A stretch of DNA of 64,000 bases from the IMG/VR virus record IMGVR_UViG_3300030102_004647, positions 14,954 through 78,953 of that record. The stretch is one strand, 5' to 3'. The notes beneath the pieces are model-generated. The model was not told the origin of the DNA. It did not search any database and saw nothing but the letters and a program-made list of their open reading frames with translations. Position 1 is the first letter of the stretch; every line of letters begins with the position of its first letter. The DNA is from a virus. A program made the translations under genes and the position numbers. Positions 38,502 through 47,510 of the stretch are shown one piece after another.

Positions 38502-38795
38502 CTAGGAGGGTTGCGTTTCCGCAATCCTGGGGAACTCTTCGTTTAGCCTCTCCCACAACTCGCTTCGATGAATTTTGATCAGTTCATGAGCTTGAAACGC
38601 CAACCGACCTCGGTCTTTTGTTTCGCCCAAGTAAGTGACCTCAATAGTGCCTCCCAAAACTCCTTGGAGTTCTGAGCAGATATCCTCGATGCCCTGACCG
38701 CAATGTGCTTTTTCATAAGCGAATGCAATCACCTCTTTAAGAAAGGACAAAGATATCACCACTTTTTCTTCTGGCTTCCGTGACAGTACTAGCAT
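38502..38795 (-). CDS. csrA: Carbon storage regulator CsrA homolog with internal insertion
   Basis: MLVLSRKPEEKVVI...IEVT.L...RGRLAFQA...IKIHRSEL. Confidence 0.8.
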   Translation of the reverse strand: MLVLSRKPEEKVVISLSFLKEVIAFAYEKAHCGQGIEDICSELQGVLGGTIEVTYLGETKDRGRLAFQAHELIKIHRSELWERLNEEFPRIAETQPS

Positions 38796-38806
38796 CCTGC
38801 TACTCC

Positions 38807-39067
38807 TTAATATAAAGATTTGGCCTTCAACGCTCTTCGTTTAGGTAAAGGGTTTCCAAACACATGGGTGTAATCGTCGGGTCCGGCATTTGCTTTGCAA
38901 TACTTTATGATCTCTCTCTTGACACTAAGTATATCACCATCAAATCTAAACCCTCCGGTGGGCAGATTGACCTCCCACAGTTCTCCTGGGCCTGACTTAG
39001 TTGCTTCGCCTTCGCCCAAGTTAGTGTCGATGTAAAAGTGCCAAGTCGTGTTTTTAAAAACTCCCAT
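38807..39067 (-). CDS. Hypothetical protein
   Basis: ORF with GGAGG RBS. Confidence 0.55.
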   Translation of the reverse strand: MGVFKNTTWHFYIDTNLGEGEATKSGPGELWEVNLPTGGFRFDGDILSVKREIIKYCKANAGPDDYTHVFGNPLPKRRALKAKSLY

Positions 39068-39212
39068 CTCTTCCTCCAAACCACTTCTCAACTTCTCGAA
39101 GCAGCATCATAGTTCCAAAAATTAGTCCAGCCTCTAATGGGCATGCGAGCATCATACCAAACCAAATACAAAAAGGTAGGGCGATGATTGCAAATAAAAG
39201 ATCTACTTTCAT
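39054..39212 (-). CDS. Small membrane protein (52 aa; below the ORF-track cutoff)
   Basis: MKVDLLFAIIALPFCIWFGMMLACPLEAGLIFG..., AGGAGG RBS. Confidence 0.6.
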   Translation of the reverse strand: MKVDLLFAIIALPFCIWFGMMLACPLEAGLIFGTMMLLREVEKWFGGRDGSF

Positions 39213-39223
39213 AGCTGCCTCCT

Positions 39224-39279
39224 AAAAAAACTCACGAGGGGTTCGTGGCGGGGTTATTTACCACTCCCCCCTCGCAAGC
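39224..39279 (-). terminator. Intrinsic terminator
   Basis: GCUUGCGAGGGG...CCCCUCGUGAGU followed by a U-run. Confidence 0.65.
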
Positions 39280-39295
39280 CTTCAACAAGGATATT

Positions 39296-39676
39296 TCATT
39301 GTGCGGTTTGCGGCTCGACGTTTGCTTTGTAAATATCGCGGGCCATCCAATAACGATCTTCACGTTTGGTCTGCTCCCACTCCCACGCTTGTCGCATCGT
39401 CATCTTAGCAAATCCCATCGGACACACAATCCACAGCGTGTCGTCCTGCCCTTCGACGGAAACCCAAACGGTGTCGCCAACGCTCAGGGAGTAAAACTCA
39501 TCTCCCCAGTACTTGCTGCCTTCAAGGTTGTTGCCCTGAAGACCAAACGTCACCTCCAAGACATCTTCAATATTCTCCCCCACAACTGTCTTCGCAACGG
39601 TGTGGTTAGAGGTGTTGTCCAGTCCGCTCTTAGGATAGCAGGTCGCGAACACGATTTGTACTTTTGCGGAAATCAT
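39296..39676 (-). CDS. Early hypothetical protein
   Basis: Has its own promoter and ACAAGGA leader; SLSVGD motif. Confidence 0.7.
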   Translation of the reverse strand: MISAKVQIVFATCYPKSGLDNTSNHTVAKTVVGENIEDVLEVTFGLQGNNLEGSKYWGDEFYSLSVGDTVWVSVEGQDDTLWIVCPMGFAKMTMRQAWEWEQTKREDRYWMARDIYKANVEPQTAQ

Positions 39677-39718
39677 AGGTTTGTTCCTTGTTGAAAGGTT
39701 GTTGTTTTGTATGTCTTA

Positions 39719-39746
39719 ATTATACATCCGTTATCGGCCACGTCAA
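39719..39746 (-). promoter_or_regulatory. Early promoter, CCGATA class
   Basis: TTGACG-TGGCCGATAACGGATG-TATAAT. Confidence 0.85.
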
Positions 39747-39757
39747 GAATAATCTTT

Positions 39758-39793
39758 AAAAAAAACCCCTCGCCCTTAGCGGGCGAGTAGGTT
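39758..39793 (-). terminator. Intrinsic terminator overlapping a stop codon; its T-tract may double as UP element of the next promoter
   Basis: CUCGCCC-GCUAA-GGGCGAG GGG followed by U8. Confidence 0.7.
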
Positions 39794-39913
39794 CTTGAGG
39801 TCAGCGATGCTTCCCTCTGCCTCTTTCTCGACAGCGTCGAGAACCAAGGGGTCCACCCAGGATTGGGTGCCTTCGCACCAAACCATCCCAGCGGAATTAG
39901 TTTCCTTTTCCAT
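39776..39913 (-). CDS. Early small protein (45 aa; below the ORF-track cutoff)
   Basis: MEKETNSAGMVWCEGTQSWVDPLV..., AGGAGG RBS, own promoter and terminator. Confidence 0.7.
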   Translation of the reverse strand: MEKETNSAGMVWCEGTQSWVDPLVLDAVEKEAEGSIADLKNLLAR

Positions 39914-39960
39914 TTTTTACCTCCTTTCCTTGTTGAAGTATCGTTGTTTGTTATGTCCTC

Positions 39961-39988
39961 ATTCTACTAACTTATATCGGCAATGCAA
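39961..39988 (-). promoter_or_regulatory. Early promoter, CCGATA class
   Basis: TTGCAT-TGCCGATATAAGTTAG-TAGAAT. Confidence 0.8.
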
Positions 39989-40064
39989 CCGCAATCGGCC
40001 AACAAAATCAAATTATTTCACCCTATAAAAATAGGGGTTTCCGAACAAATCGTGTTTTTTATTT

Positions 40065-40871
40065 TTACGGGACTAGTTTCAGACACCCTTCGGGGGCCGA
40101 TCCCATCGATTGAAATATCTCACACCGAAGATCCTGTCGGATCCTACCGAAGTGTTTCTTGTAGACATGAGTGAGGTGACCTTGTTCTCCGAAGTCATCG
40201 TCCCAGAGTTTGGTCATGATCAGATCGTCGGTAATCTCGCGGAGAAAATCGGTGCGGGCAATCCACAAACCTGAGTTCAAAAATCTCCAAGGGACACTTC
40301 CTTGCTGTGCAACTTCGATCAGCATCTCCCAGTGTTCTTGCCAATCATCATAGAACTTTTTTAGAGAGAACGGGTGGACCGTTGCACTGGCGTTGAACAA
40401 CCAATCACATTCCATGTACTCGAACCGCCGGACAACTTCGTTCGGATGTTCGGTGAAGAAAGTATCAACATCCCACCCGATCACGTATTTCGTTGTGATC
40501 GAGTGGAGATGTTGAATCAACAGGTGAGGTTTCATCGCCACCGGCTTCTCGTACTGGGTCCAGTCCCACCCTTCACAAAGATTCACTCCTTCGATTCCCC
40601 AAGATACGAGATTCGATAGAAGCAACTCTTTTGTTAGAACTCTGTCGCACATGATTTGATCTTGCATGACATACGTGTCAGGTACGTCTTTGGAATCAAA
40701 CCACATGTACAGGATCGTTACATCATTAAGCGGTTGGGGGTTGTGGCTAGAATATAAGTCACGAAAAAACTCTGGCGTGAATACGCTCGTTGCATCCTTG
40801 CAAGATTCCCAAGTACCATTCAAGTGGAACCCGATAGGATACCCACCTGTCCAAGTGTTCAGTACACGCAT
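40065..40871 (-). CDS. Glycosyltransferase, PLOD GT-domain-like
   Basis: YVIGWDVDTFF, LFNA, RFLNSGLWI, EQ, D.RCEIFQ. Confidence 0.7.
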   Translation of the reverse strand: MRVLNTWTGGYPIGFHLNGTWESCKDATSVFTPEFFRDLYSSHNPQPLNDVTILYMWFDSKDVPDTYVMQDQIMCDRVLTKELLLSNLVSWGIEGVNLCEGWDWTQYEKPVAMKPHLLIQHLHSITTKYVIGWDVDTFFTEHPNEVVRRFEYMECDWLFNASATVHPFSLKKFYDDWQEHWEMLIEVAQQGSVPWRFLNSGLWIARTDFLREITDDLIMTKLWDDDFGEQGHLTHVYKKHFGRIRQDLRCEIFQSMGSAPEGCLKLVP

Positions 40872-40893
40872 CCGTTCGATTCTTTTCAGGTTT

Positions 40894-40909
40894 GTGCAGA
40901 CATCTGCAC
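40894..40909. repeat. 16-bp palindrome (intergenic)
   Basis: GTGCAGACATCTGCAC. Confidence 0.8.
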
Positions 40910-40997
40910 TGTCTCATAGATTAGTTTTGTGTTTCTTGGTTGGTGTATATCAACGACCCAAAGGGGTCTTCGATTATCCAAACCAACTAGCAAGTCG

Positions 40998-41465
40998 TCA
41001 AGGTAGTGCGGAGAAAATATCTACAAGTTGAGGGAACATTTTTTGAATGTCGATCTTTTTGTCGGTAAATACATCACTATGATGCTCCACAATTTTTTCG
41101 ACCTCTCCTTCGCACTGCTTAACTTTGTCATTCAACTTCTGCCATCGAGTCATTAGTCCCTGATCTCTTTTGAACAGTTCGTCGATCTTCTCTTGAATAG
41201 CCGCAACCTTTCGCTCGTGGATCTCCAGCTGAGTCCGAAGTGCTTTCAGTTCGACCGTGACATCCTTGCCTGGGCGGGCCGCACTCTTGAGCAATGCCTG
41301 TGCTTTACTTAGCTCAAACAAGGTCAGACAGACCTGGGAGACTTCCATCTCAGCGTCTGGGAACTCATGAATTGCAAGATCTCCTTCGAGCCGGAGTTCC
41401 TTGTTCTTCATCTTTTCCATGCGGCTGCGGATCTCTTCGATATCTTCTGGTAGTTTTCTAATCAT
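40998..41465 (-). CDS. Coiled-coil hypothetical protein
   Basis: Heptad-rich ORF, ATGA-coupled. Confidence 0.6.
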   Translation of the reverse strand: MIRKLPEDIEEIRSRMEKMKNKELRLEGDLAIHEFPDAEMEVSQVCLTLFELSKAQALLKSAARPGKDVTVELKALRTQLEIHERKVAAIQEKIDELFKRDQGLMTRWQKLNDKVKQCEGEVEKIVEHHSDVFTDKKIDIQKMFPQLVDIFSALP

Positions 41466-41896
41466 GTCAGGGTTACTGTCTCAGGGGTTACTTGTACACA
41501 GTTTCGTTCCTCGGCCCACTTAACCCACACCCTGCCGTCTGGGTGCTTTTCGAGATACTCTTGCGTGGGATCCTCCCAGGGCAACGGGGTTAGGTTGTTA
41601 TAATCCAGCTGGGTGATGTATCCGTAGCTCATGAAGTTGTGACGCTGCAACAGCGGGGTGTCATCCTCTTCCTTTGGCTGGATTAACACGCCCTTGATGT
41701 GCAGCTCGTCCCGATAAAAGAACACGCCCAGGTCGTACAAGTACCCTCGACCCCTGGCAGCAATCTCCTCGTTGCGATCATACGGATCTCCAGGTAGCTC
41801 AAAGTCTCGCCGTAGTACTTCGTCCAGCGGTCGGACAGAATAAAACCCTGCGGTTAGTACGCCCCTCAAAGTTGTCTTGGTTCTTGCATACGCCAT
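41462..41896 (-). CDS. Hypothetical protein
   Basis: AGGAG RBS, coupled ORF. Confidence 0.6.
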   Translation of the reverse strand: MAYARTKTTLRGVLTAGFYSVRPLDEVLRRDFELPGDPYDRNEEIAARGRGYLYDLGVFFYRDELHIKGVLIQPKEEDDTPLLQRHNFMSYGYITQLDYNNLTPLPWEDPTQEYLEKHPDGRVWVKWAEERNCVQVTPETVTLT

Positions 41897-41906
41897 TGTT
41901 TGTCTC

Positions 41907-42272
41907 CTAGAACATGTTTGGGAGTTCAGTAATTAGAGCGGTGCCACGTTCGTTGTGACGTACCACCCGCAATGCCGCGACCGACAGATTGTCGATTCGG
42001 CCATCGTTTGAGTCGATCAAAATGTCTTGCGAATCCGGCATGATCAAAACCTTCAACGCTTTCTGAGTATCTATGCCGGTCAGATACCATCCCGTGCATT
42101 CCGAATCGATGAGTGCGTTCACATACATCAGCATCTTCGGACAGGGATCCTGATCTTTCCATTTTCTTTCTACGCACACAGGAACAGGGTTTCCGTCTTT
42201 TGAAGACAGTAACTCATTTGCTTGTGGTTTATTTTTTACAAGCCACTGAAACTTTTCAGTTCGGTCAGACAT
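41907..42272 (-). CDS. Hypothetical protein
   Basis: Tightly packed ORF. Confidence 0.6.
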   Translation of the reverse strand: MSDRTEKFQWLVKNKPQANELLSSKDGNPVPVCVERKWKDQDPCPKMLMYVNALIDSECTGWYLTGIDTQKALKVLIMPDSQDILIDSNDGRIDNLSVAALRVVRHNERGTALITELPNMF

Positions 42273-42765
42273 GGGATTTTACTTCGATAGGTTCTTGGTG
42301 AAAATCGTTGTTAAACTTACTCTTCAGCATGTAACGGGTATCGTTTAAAAAATACACAGATCGGGCACACTGCATCCATTGGAAGTCGGGTGCAAACGCA
42401 TCTCCGACAGTGTCTCCTCCTTCTTTGCCAGAAGAGAACTTCTCGGCACACATAATCAAACCTTGTCGAATATTAGCAAGAGAATTATCGCCCTGGAAAA
42501 TCTCCTTGTCTAGCTCTCGGATTTTATCTTCGATCTCCCAGAGTCGCTCGTTTACTTGTTTCAATTCTTTGTATGTATCACTTTGAGTAATTGGCAAGCT
42601 GTCACCAAGGTGGCCTTCCAACGACTTGATAAGCCTATTGTACTCCTCGTTGACCTGCTGCTGCTTGTCGGGATCGATAAGTCGCTCCTTCTTGATTGAC
42701 AGAATGCTTAGTCTGTCCAGGGCTTCGCCAACACTGATCTCGATCTTCACTCCATTAAACGGCAT
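42265..42765 (-). CDS. DUF6165-like protein
   Basis: IEISVGEALDRLSILSIKKE...LKQVNERLWEIED...ARSVY.LND.R. Confidence 0.75.
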   Translation of the reverse strand: MPFNGVKIEISVGEALDRLSILSIKKERLIDPDKQQQVNEEYNRLIKSLEGHLGDSLPITQSDTYKELKQVNERLWEIEDKIRELDKEIFQGDNSLANIRQGLIMCAEKFSSGKEGGDTVGDAFAPDFQWMQCARSVYFLNDTRYMLKSKFNNDFHQEPIEVKSHV

Positions 42766-43339
42766 AAATCTGTACCTCCTCATGTTCTTCTTCTGAATTA
42801 AAGATGTGCTTGAGGACTTGCAACGCAAGGTGTGCGTCAGCCATCGCTCGATGGTGTCCCTGGACGGTAATACCTAGCTCTTTGCATACAGATGCCAATC
42901 CTAAGCCCTTGGGCTTCCATCCTCTAGTGGATCCCCACATGTATACCATACTAGCAATGTCAATCGGCATGTCATTGTGAGGGTAGCCTAGCCGGATCGA
43001 CGAATACGCATGTCTCAACTGGTGAATGTCGGTGCCGCCCCAGGAGAACAATCGAAAAGATTTGTACTTTGTAAACTCTGCCCAAGACTTCCACATCTCG
43101 TCAAAAGTCGGAGACTCCTCTAGCATCTCGGGCCGCAGGCCGCTGAGTTGACTAGTGAACTCCGTGACAAAGTCCATGCGTTTGGGACGAATCAGCTGGC
43201 TGTATTCATTTAGAACTTGCCAAGATCTGTTCACTAGAATAGCCCCGATCTCGATTATCTCGGGGGTGCCTCCCAGTACAGCACCGGCATGCGGATCGGT
43301 GGTTTCTACGTCAAAGATTACAAAGTTCGCATCTATCAT
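42755..43339 (-). CDS. DEDDh 3'-5' exonuclease (KapD/ERI-like)
   Basis: IFDVETT, EIIEIGA, SWG..D, HHRAMADA. Confidence 0.88.
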   Translation of the reverse strand: MIDANFVIFDVETTDPHAGAVLGGTPEIIEIGAILVNRSWQVLNEYSQLIRPKRMDFVTEFTSQLSGLRPEMLEESPTFDEMWKSWAEFTKYKSFRLFSWGGTDIHQLRHAYSSIRLGYPHNDMPIDIASMVYMWGSTRGWKPKGLGLASVCKELGITVQGHHRAMADAHLALQVLKHIFNSEEEHEEVQIYAV

Positions 43340-43417
43340 AATAAAATGCGGGGGGCCGGTTCTCTTATAAGGGGACAATAAGAAAACCCGCCTCCCCGCT
43401 GCTGCGTTAAGCTTTCC

Positions 43418-43789
43418 CTAGCTAAACAGTCCGCTGTCAGTAAGACCCTTCAACTGCTTCCAGTTGATCAGGCATTTACCTAGCTTCAATCCCTCGGACG
43501 AAAAAGTCGCATCACATCCCATCTGTGGGACATAACAACTTACCGAAAATGATCGAGCAGCGGTTGGCTTCTTAGCTCGCTTCACTGCGGGCTTCACTGC
43601 GGGCTTCCGTGTTTGTGTTGTCGCATCCTTCGCGTCAGTGCCGTTTAGTTTTTTTCGGATGTTGTAAAAAGTAGCATCCGAAACCTCGAACTTCTCCATG
43701 ACTTCCTTCTTGGTTGCCTTCGGATTTTGTTTGAGGTAATCAGTTACAAGGCGAGTTCGCTCGCCTCGTTTCAGAGTTGTGGCAGACAT
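43418..43789 (-). CDS. HTH DNA-binding protein
   Basis: ATKKEVMEKFEVSDATFYNIRK helix-turn-helix. Confidence 0.65.
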   Translation of the reverse strand: MSATTLKRGERTRLVTDYLKQNPKATKKEVMEKFEVSDATFYNIRKKLNGTDAKDATTQTRKPAVKPAVKRAKKPTAARSFSVSCYVPQMGCDATFSSEGLKLGKCLINWKQLKGLTDSGLFS

Positions 43790-43888
43790 ACCACCTCCAT
43801 ACAAAAGGTTTCACAAAAGTGACAGCTAGCACTGCCGTACATATCTATACTATTTTTATATTAAGCAACTAGTCAAGGGGTTAGTAAT

Positions 43889-43923
43889 AAAAAACCCGAC
43901 CCGTGGAGGCGACACGGATCGGG
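43889..43923 (-). terminator. Intrinsic terminator after the putative lysis cassette
   Basis: CCCGAUCCGUG-UCGCCUC-CACGGGUCGGG followed by U6. Confidence 0.75.
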
Positions 43924-44015
43924 CAGGAGGATAGGAACCCGTGGCAAGGTTCCAGAAGAGCAATCGCTCATCAGATGTTTGTCTATTCTCCTAGAGTGCA
44001 GATCCTCAGTCAACT

Positions 44016-44195
44016 CTATTTGTCGCCGTCTTTCGCAAACAACAAACCGATTGCTGCTGTGACAGCTGCCACCGTGGTTGTCCAATCCGGCTGGTCGCCG
44101 TTTACCAATGCAAGGGCAGCATGTGCTACAGCAATCCCCGCAGTGATAAGACCAGCAACCGTAGTCTTGACGTTACTTCTTATATCTTTACCCAT
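44016..44195 (-). CDS. Small 2-TM holin-like protein
   Basis: KTTVAGLI...AAIGLLFAKD pattern; AAGGAG RBS. Confidence 0.6.
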   Translation of the reverse strand: MGKDIRSNVKTTVAGLITAGIAVAHAALALVNGDQPDWTTTVAAVTAAIGLLFAKDGDK

Positions 44196-44254
44196 ATTAG
44201 AATCTCCTTCGTGGAAAAAACCACCGTCCAGCCCTGGACGGAACTTGTTTACTT

Positions 44255-44587
44255 TCAGCAGAATGCTCGACATTGAAAGTTGCCCGCTGACTTGTCAGCG
44301 GACTCCTTTTCTTTTTGAGCTTTCAACTTCTTACCTGTGCCATCGCATGTCTGGCACTTAACCATCACACGACCGTCACCGACTTTACCAGTCCCATCGC
44401 AGTCCTGGCACACATCTCCCGTATCAGGTTTAACAGGATTCTGTCGGCCCGATACTGCGCCAGCGGTGGCCTCGATAATTCCTTGCCATTCATTCGCTGT
44501 CCATGCCTCCGCATAGCCAGATAGCAACGCAAATACAAGAAGCAACGACAACACCGAAGAACGCAATGCAATCAATCGGTTCCACAT
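44255..44587 (-). CDS. Exported protein with DnaJ-type CxxCxGxG zinc finger
   Basis: Signal peptide; CQDCDGTG...CQTCDGTG. Confidence 0.65.
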   Translation of the reverse strand: MWNRLIALRSSVLSLLLVFALLSGYAEAWTANEWQGIIEATAGAVSGRQNPVKPDTGDVCQDCDGTGKVGDGRVMVKCQTCDGTGKKLKAQKEKESADKSAGNFQCRAFC

Positions 44588-44596
44588 ACAGGTCTC

Positions 44597-44764
44597 CTAT
44601 TTGCAAGCTTTGCAATGACGAATCGGAATAATTTTTACAACAGCGTGGCAGCTTCCTTCACAACCGCAACAACCATGACGACGATTGTGAATCCTCCAGG
44701 CAAGACCACCAAAAAGAAAACAAGCGATCAACATGGTACACACCGAACTCTTCATAAAATTCAT
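44597..44764 (-). CDS. Small Cys-rich membrane protein (55 aa; below the ORF-track cutoff)
   Basis: ATGA overlap with the peptidase stop; TM helix then CCGC..C...CKAC. Confidence 0.5.
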   Translation of the reverse strand: MNFMKSSVCTMLIACFLFGGLAWRIHNRRHGCCGCEGSCHAVVKIIPIRHCKACK

Positions 44765-45786
44765 AATCTGCTCCAGTAATTAGAACCCCAGTCGGGGAGT
44801 TTTTGTGGGGGCCAACCTTCGGCACCCGACAACGCAATAAAGGACCGCCTCTTCGCATCTGACCAACGAGACCAGAAGGCACCCTTCGGAATTTCAATGT
44901 TTGTTCCTATTATTTTTCTACCGCCGGAGTTCCATCCAGATCCCCAAGAGTTCAGGATACAAACAACCGGCTCGCCCCAGGTATCGTGTGCAATTTGCCG
45001 GTCGTCAACGGCAATGATAGCCATCGCATGGCTCCAACTGCCGGACCTCTTAGAGAATCCATACACATCTTTTTTACTGCTCCACCCTTCACCTCCGCAG
45101 GTCGATATGCCGTATCCATTTGCAATCATGTCGCGAACTTCTTCAAAAGATCCGCAACTGGTTGCTTGTTTGATGGCGTGCTTCATCCCTTCCTGTTTGA
45201 CTGTGTCGGGGGGAGATGTTCGTCCCCACTTCCCTGCAAGAGATGCACTGTACTTTGTGAGGTCGAATCCGAAGTCGGGCCGGTAATCTTTACGAACCCA
45301 CATTCCAGACTCGTTGACAGCCACTCGACTTGCATGATGACAGCCCCATCCATCACCACCATGATCCCGCCACCAGTAGATTGCTTCCGTGGAGAGAACG
45401 CCATTCCGCTCCCCTACTTCTGAAACAGCGGGCGGGCCTTCGATGATGCCGGTGTCTTCGTCCGGCTTACCAGCTACAATCTCGCATGCCAGGGTTAGCA
45501 GCTGGGCATTCTTAGTGGAGTGACTGACACAGTCGCCTCGCCTCTGTGCGGGTCCAGGCATTGCCTCCGGCCAGAGCATCTCGATGCACTTAAAAGGAAT
45601 CGACAGCTTGCCTTTGGCAGAGTCGGCCAGTCCGAATGCATGAGCAGCGTCAGATGCGGATGCCCACTGCATCTCATCGTTGAATTTCTCTTCTTGTTCT
45701 GGATCTGCAAACACACCTTCAAAGCCACTCTCATAAGCTTTGACCAGACTGTTGACAGTCCTCACGTTCCTGAGTCGTCTTCTCAT
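44761..45786 (-). CDS. Papain-like (clan CA, C1-like) cysteine peptidase
   Basis: QRRGDCV (Gln...Cys), WSHAM (His), LNSWG (Asn) catalytic motifs. Confidence 0.85.
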   Translation of the reverse strand: MRRRLRNVRTVNSLVKAYESGFEGVFADPEQEEKFNDEMQWASASDAAHAFGLADSAKGKLSIPFKCIEMLWPEAMPGPAQRRGDCVSHSTKNAQLLTLACEIVAGKPDEDTGIIEGPPAVSEVGERNGVLSTEAIYWWRDHGGDGWGCHHASRVAVNESGMWVRKDYRPDFGFDLTKYSASLAGKWGRTSPPDTVKQEGMKHAIKQATSCGSFEEVRDMIANGYGISTCGGEGWSSKKDVYGFSKRSGSWSHAMAIIAVDDRQIAHDTWGEPVVCILNSWGSGWNSGGRKIIGTNIEIPKGAFWSRWSDAKRRSFIALSGAEGWPPQKLPDWGSNYWSRL

Positions 45787-46253
45787 TGTCGTGTAGCCCA
45801 TCCTAGAGATTTAAATACATCGACAACCTGGGCACGATTCTCGTCGTTCAGCGGAACAACCTCGTCTCCAATTTGCAGAGTGATGTACCTGTCCACCGCT
45901 GTGTTGTAGCCAGGGATGAAAGGGATCTGTCCGGCCTGAACTGCTAAAGCACCCGCCTGCTGATGAGTGTTGCGAACGTCTTGAGTGTTTGTCAGGATTT
46001 TTCGATCCGACCCGATGACAGTCTCCAGTCCGAAAAACAACTTTCCAAGCTCGGGCTTGGCTTCGGGATGTTTAGACAACACCTCGATCACGGGGCCAAG
46101 CTCTTGCTGTTGTGCAGACGTAGGCACATAGGCTGGATCTGTGTCGGATCCGTCTGGCAGGTTCGACAACAGCGGAACCAGCTTGAATATTAAATACATC
46201 ACCAACGCAATTACTGGCGAGTAGCGGACTGCTTTCTTACCGTCCAAACTCAT
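45783..46253 (-). CDS. Membrane-anchored hypothetical protein
   Basis: N-terminal TM; coupled to the peptidase gene. Confidence 0.6.
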   Translation of the reverse strand: MSLDGKKAVRYSPVIALVMYLIFKLVPLLSNLPDGSDTDPAYVPTSAQQQELGPVIEVLSKHPEAKPELGKLFFGLETVIGSDRKILTNTQDVRNTHQQAGALAVQAGQIPFIPGYNTAVDRYITLQIGDEVVPLNDENRAQVVDVFKSLGWATRQ

Positions 46254-46552
46254 TTGGATCTCCTTGTGGATCTTGTTTTTGATTCGGGCTGCGACTTATG
46301 CGAAGACGGTTGTCGCCAATGATCCGCAATCACATCACCAGCGGCAACAACTGCCGCATACTCCTCGGGGCATCCTTCACAGGCTCGCATCAACTCGTTG
46401 ATCAAATCCATGCGAAGTTGGAAGTCTCGGGGCGTGTGTATTTTTTTAGTCTCGGGGCCAAGTAAGTACTTGATGATGGGCGTCCAAAATATCGAGATGA
46501 TCGACATTATGACTAAACCCACGACAACCCATACCTCAATGCCTATGTTCAC
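46250..46552 (-). CDS. Membrane-anchored hypothetical protein
   Basis: N-terminal TM; GGAGG RBS, GTG start. Confidence 0.6.
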   Translation of the reverse strand: MNIGIEVWVVVGLVIMSIISIFWTPIIKYLLGPETKKIHTPRDFQLRMDLINELMRACEGCPEEYAAVVAAGDVIADHWRQPSSHKSQPESKTRSTRRSK

Positions 46553-46788
46553 AATTCGTCCTCCATGCTCGGAAAAGTGGGAGTCTCGTGTTTTGGAGAC
46601 TTAAACTTTTTCAGGTTCCTAAAATTTTCTTGCTGTTCCTTCAAACAAGTAGAACACAAATCTAGTTTGTCATCTTCTCGGATCGCCTCGGTTGAACGCT
46701 TAGACATGTCGGTCCATTGCCAGTAAACCGTCAGGGCCGATGTCCTCGTCCCGCATGCACAGCAAAAGGTCGTGGTAATTTTCCCCAT
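46549..46788 (-). CDS. Small zinc-finger protein
   Basis: CCAC...DLCSTC. Confidence 0.5.
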   Translation of the reverse strand: MGKITTTFCCACGTRTSALTVYWQWTDMSKRSTEAIREDDKLDLCSTCLKEQQENFRNLKKFKSPKHETPTFPSMEDEL

Positions 46789-47122
46789 GCTCTTTCGTCG
46801 TATCGACGACCTCCAAATAAATGCCTGCCCGCTGACAAATGATTACACTCCGAAGGTAGTAAATTCTATCGAGAGGCTCATCCTTAGCCAACAGAATTAT
46901 CCCAGGCTTTTTTTGGAGCAATGCAGAATAGAGTAAAGCCTGACCTGGGGCTTCTTTGTATTTCTTTAGCCATTCGACCTCGAAGGCATAGTCATCGGTG
47001 ACCACGTCTGCACGCGCACCGCAAAACGATTTGACTTCGGCCAGACCGCTTTTTTGTTGAGCAATCCATTTGCTCCAAGTGGTCTCTCTATCCGTCGATT
47101 TCGGGCGGGGGATCTGGGGCAT
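46700..47122 (-). CDS. PD-(D/E)xK nuclease-fold protein
   Basis: GARADVV...FEVEW...EAPGQALLY. Confidence 0.65.
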   Translation of the reverse strand: MPQIPRPKSTDRETTWSKWIAQQKSGLAEVKSFCGARADVVTDDYAFEVEWLKKYKEAPGQALLYSALLQKKPGIILLAKDEPLDRIYYLRSVIICQRAGIYLEVVDTTKEHGENYHDLLLCMRDEDIGPDGLLAMDRHV

Positions 47123-47510
47123 TCCAATCCTTTGGTAGCGGACCATTCCACTTCTCAAACATCTTGATCGCTAGCTCTTCCTCAAGCTTGGCGTAGTGTG
47201 CAATCTTTTGAAGGTCTTGAACCTTTTTCTTTAACGCACTGAGTTGGGCAAGTCCTCGGGTCTCTGATCGAGAAGCATACTTGATGATGTTGCCCATATT
47301 GTATCCGATGCCGTTCAGCGTGATGTAAACCACCGGCTCGATTTCATAAGTCTTATAATGATCACCACCTACTTGGTATGTAAGGCTTTCCATATCTTTC
47401 GTAACACTTCCATAAGACGATACGCCAGATTCTTGACATGTATCCATGTTAAAGTTTTCCTTTTTTGCTTTCTTTTTTTTATACGCATGAGTACGGCCTG
47501 ATTTTTTCAT
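47088..47510 (-). CDS. DUF3310 (T7 gp1.7-like) protein
   Basis: QVGGDHY, GNIIKYASR, DLQKI.HY. Confidence 0.8.
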   Translation of the reverse strand: MKKSGRTHAYKKKKAKKENFNMDTCQESGVSSYGSVTKDMESLTYQVGGDHYKTYEIEPVVYITLNGIGYNMGNIIKYASRSETRGLAQLSALKKKVQDLQKIAHYAKLEEELAIKMFEKWNGPLPKDWNAPDPPPEIDG

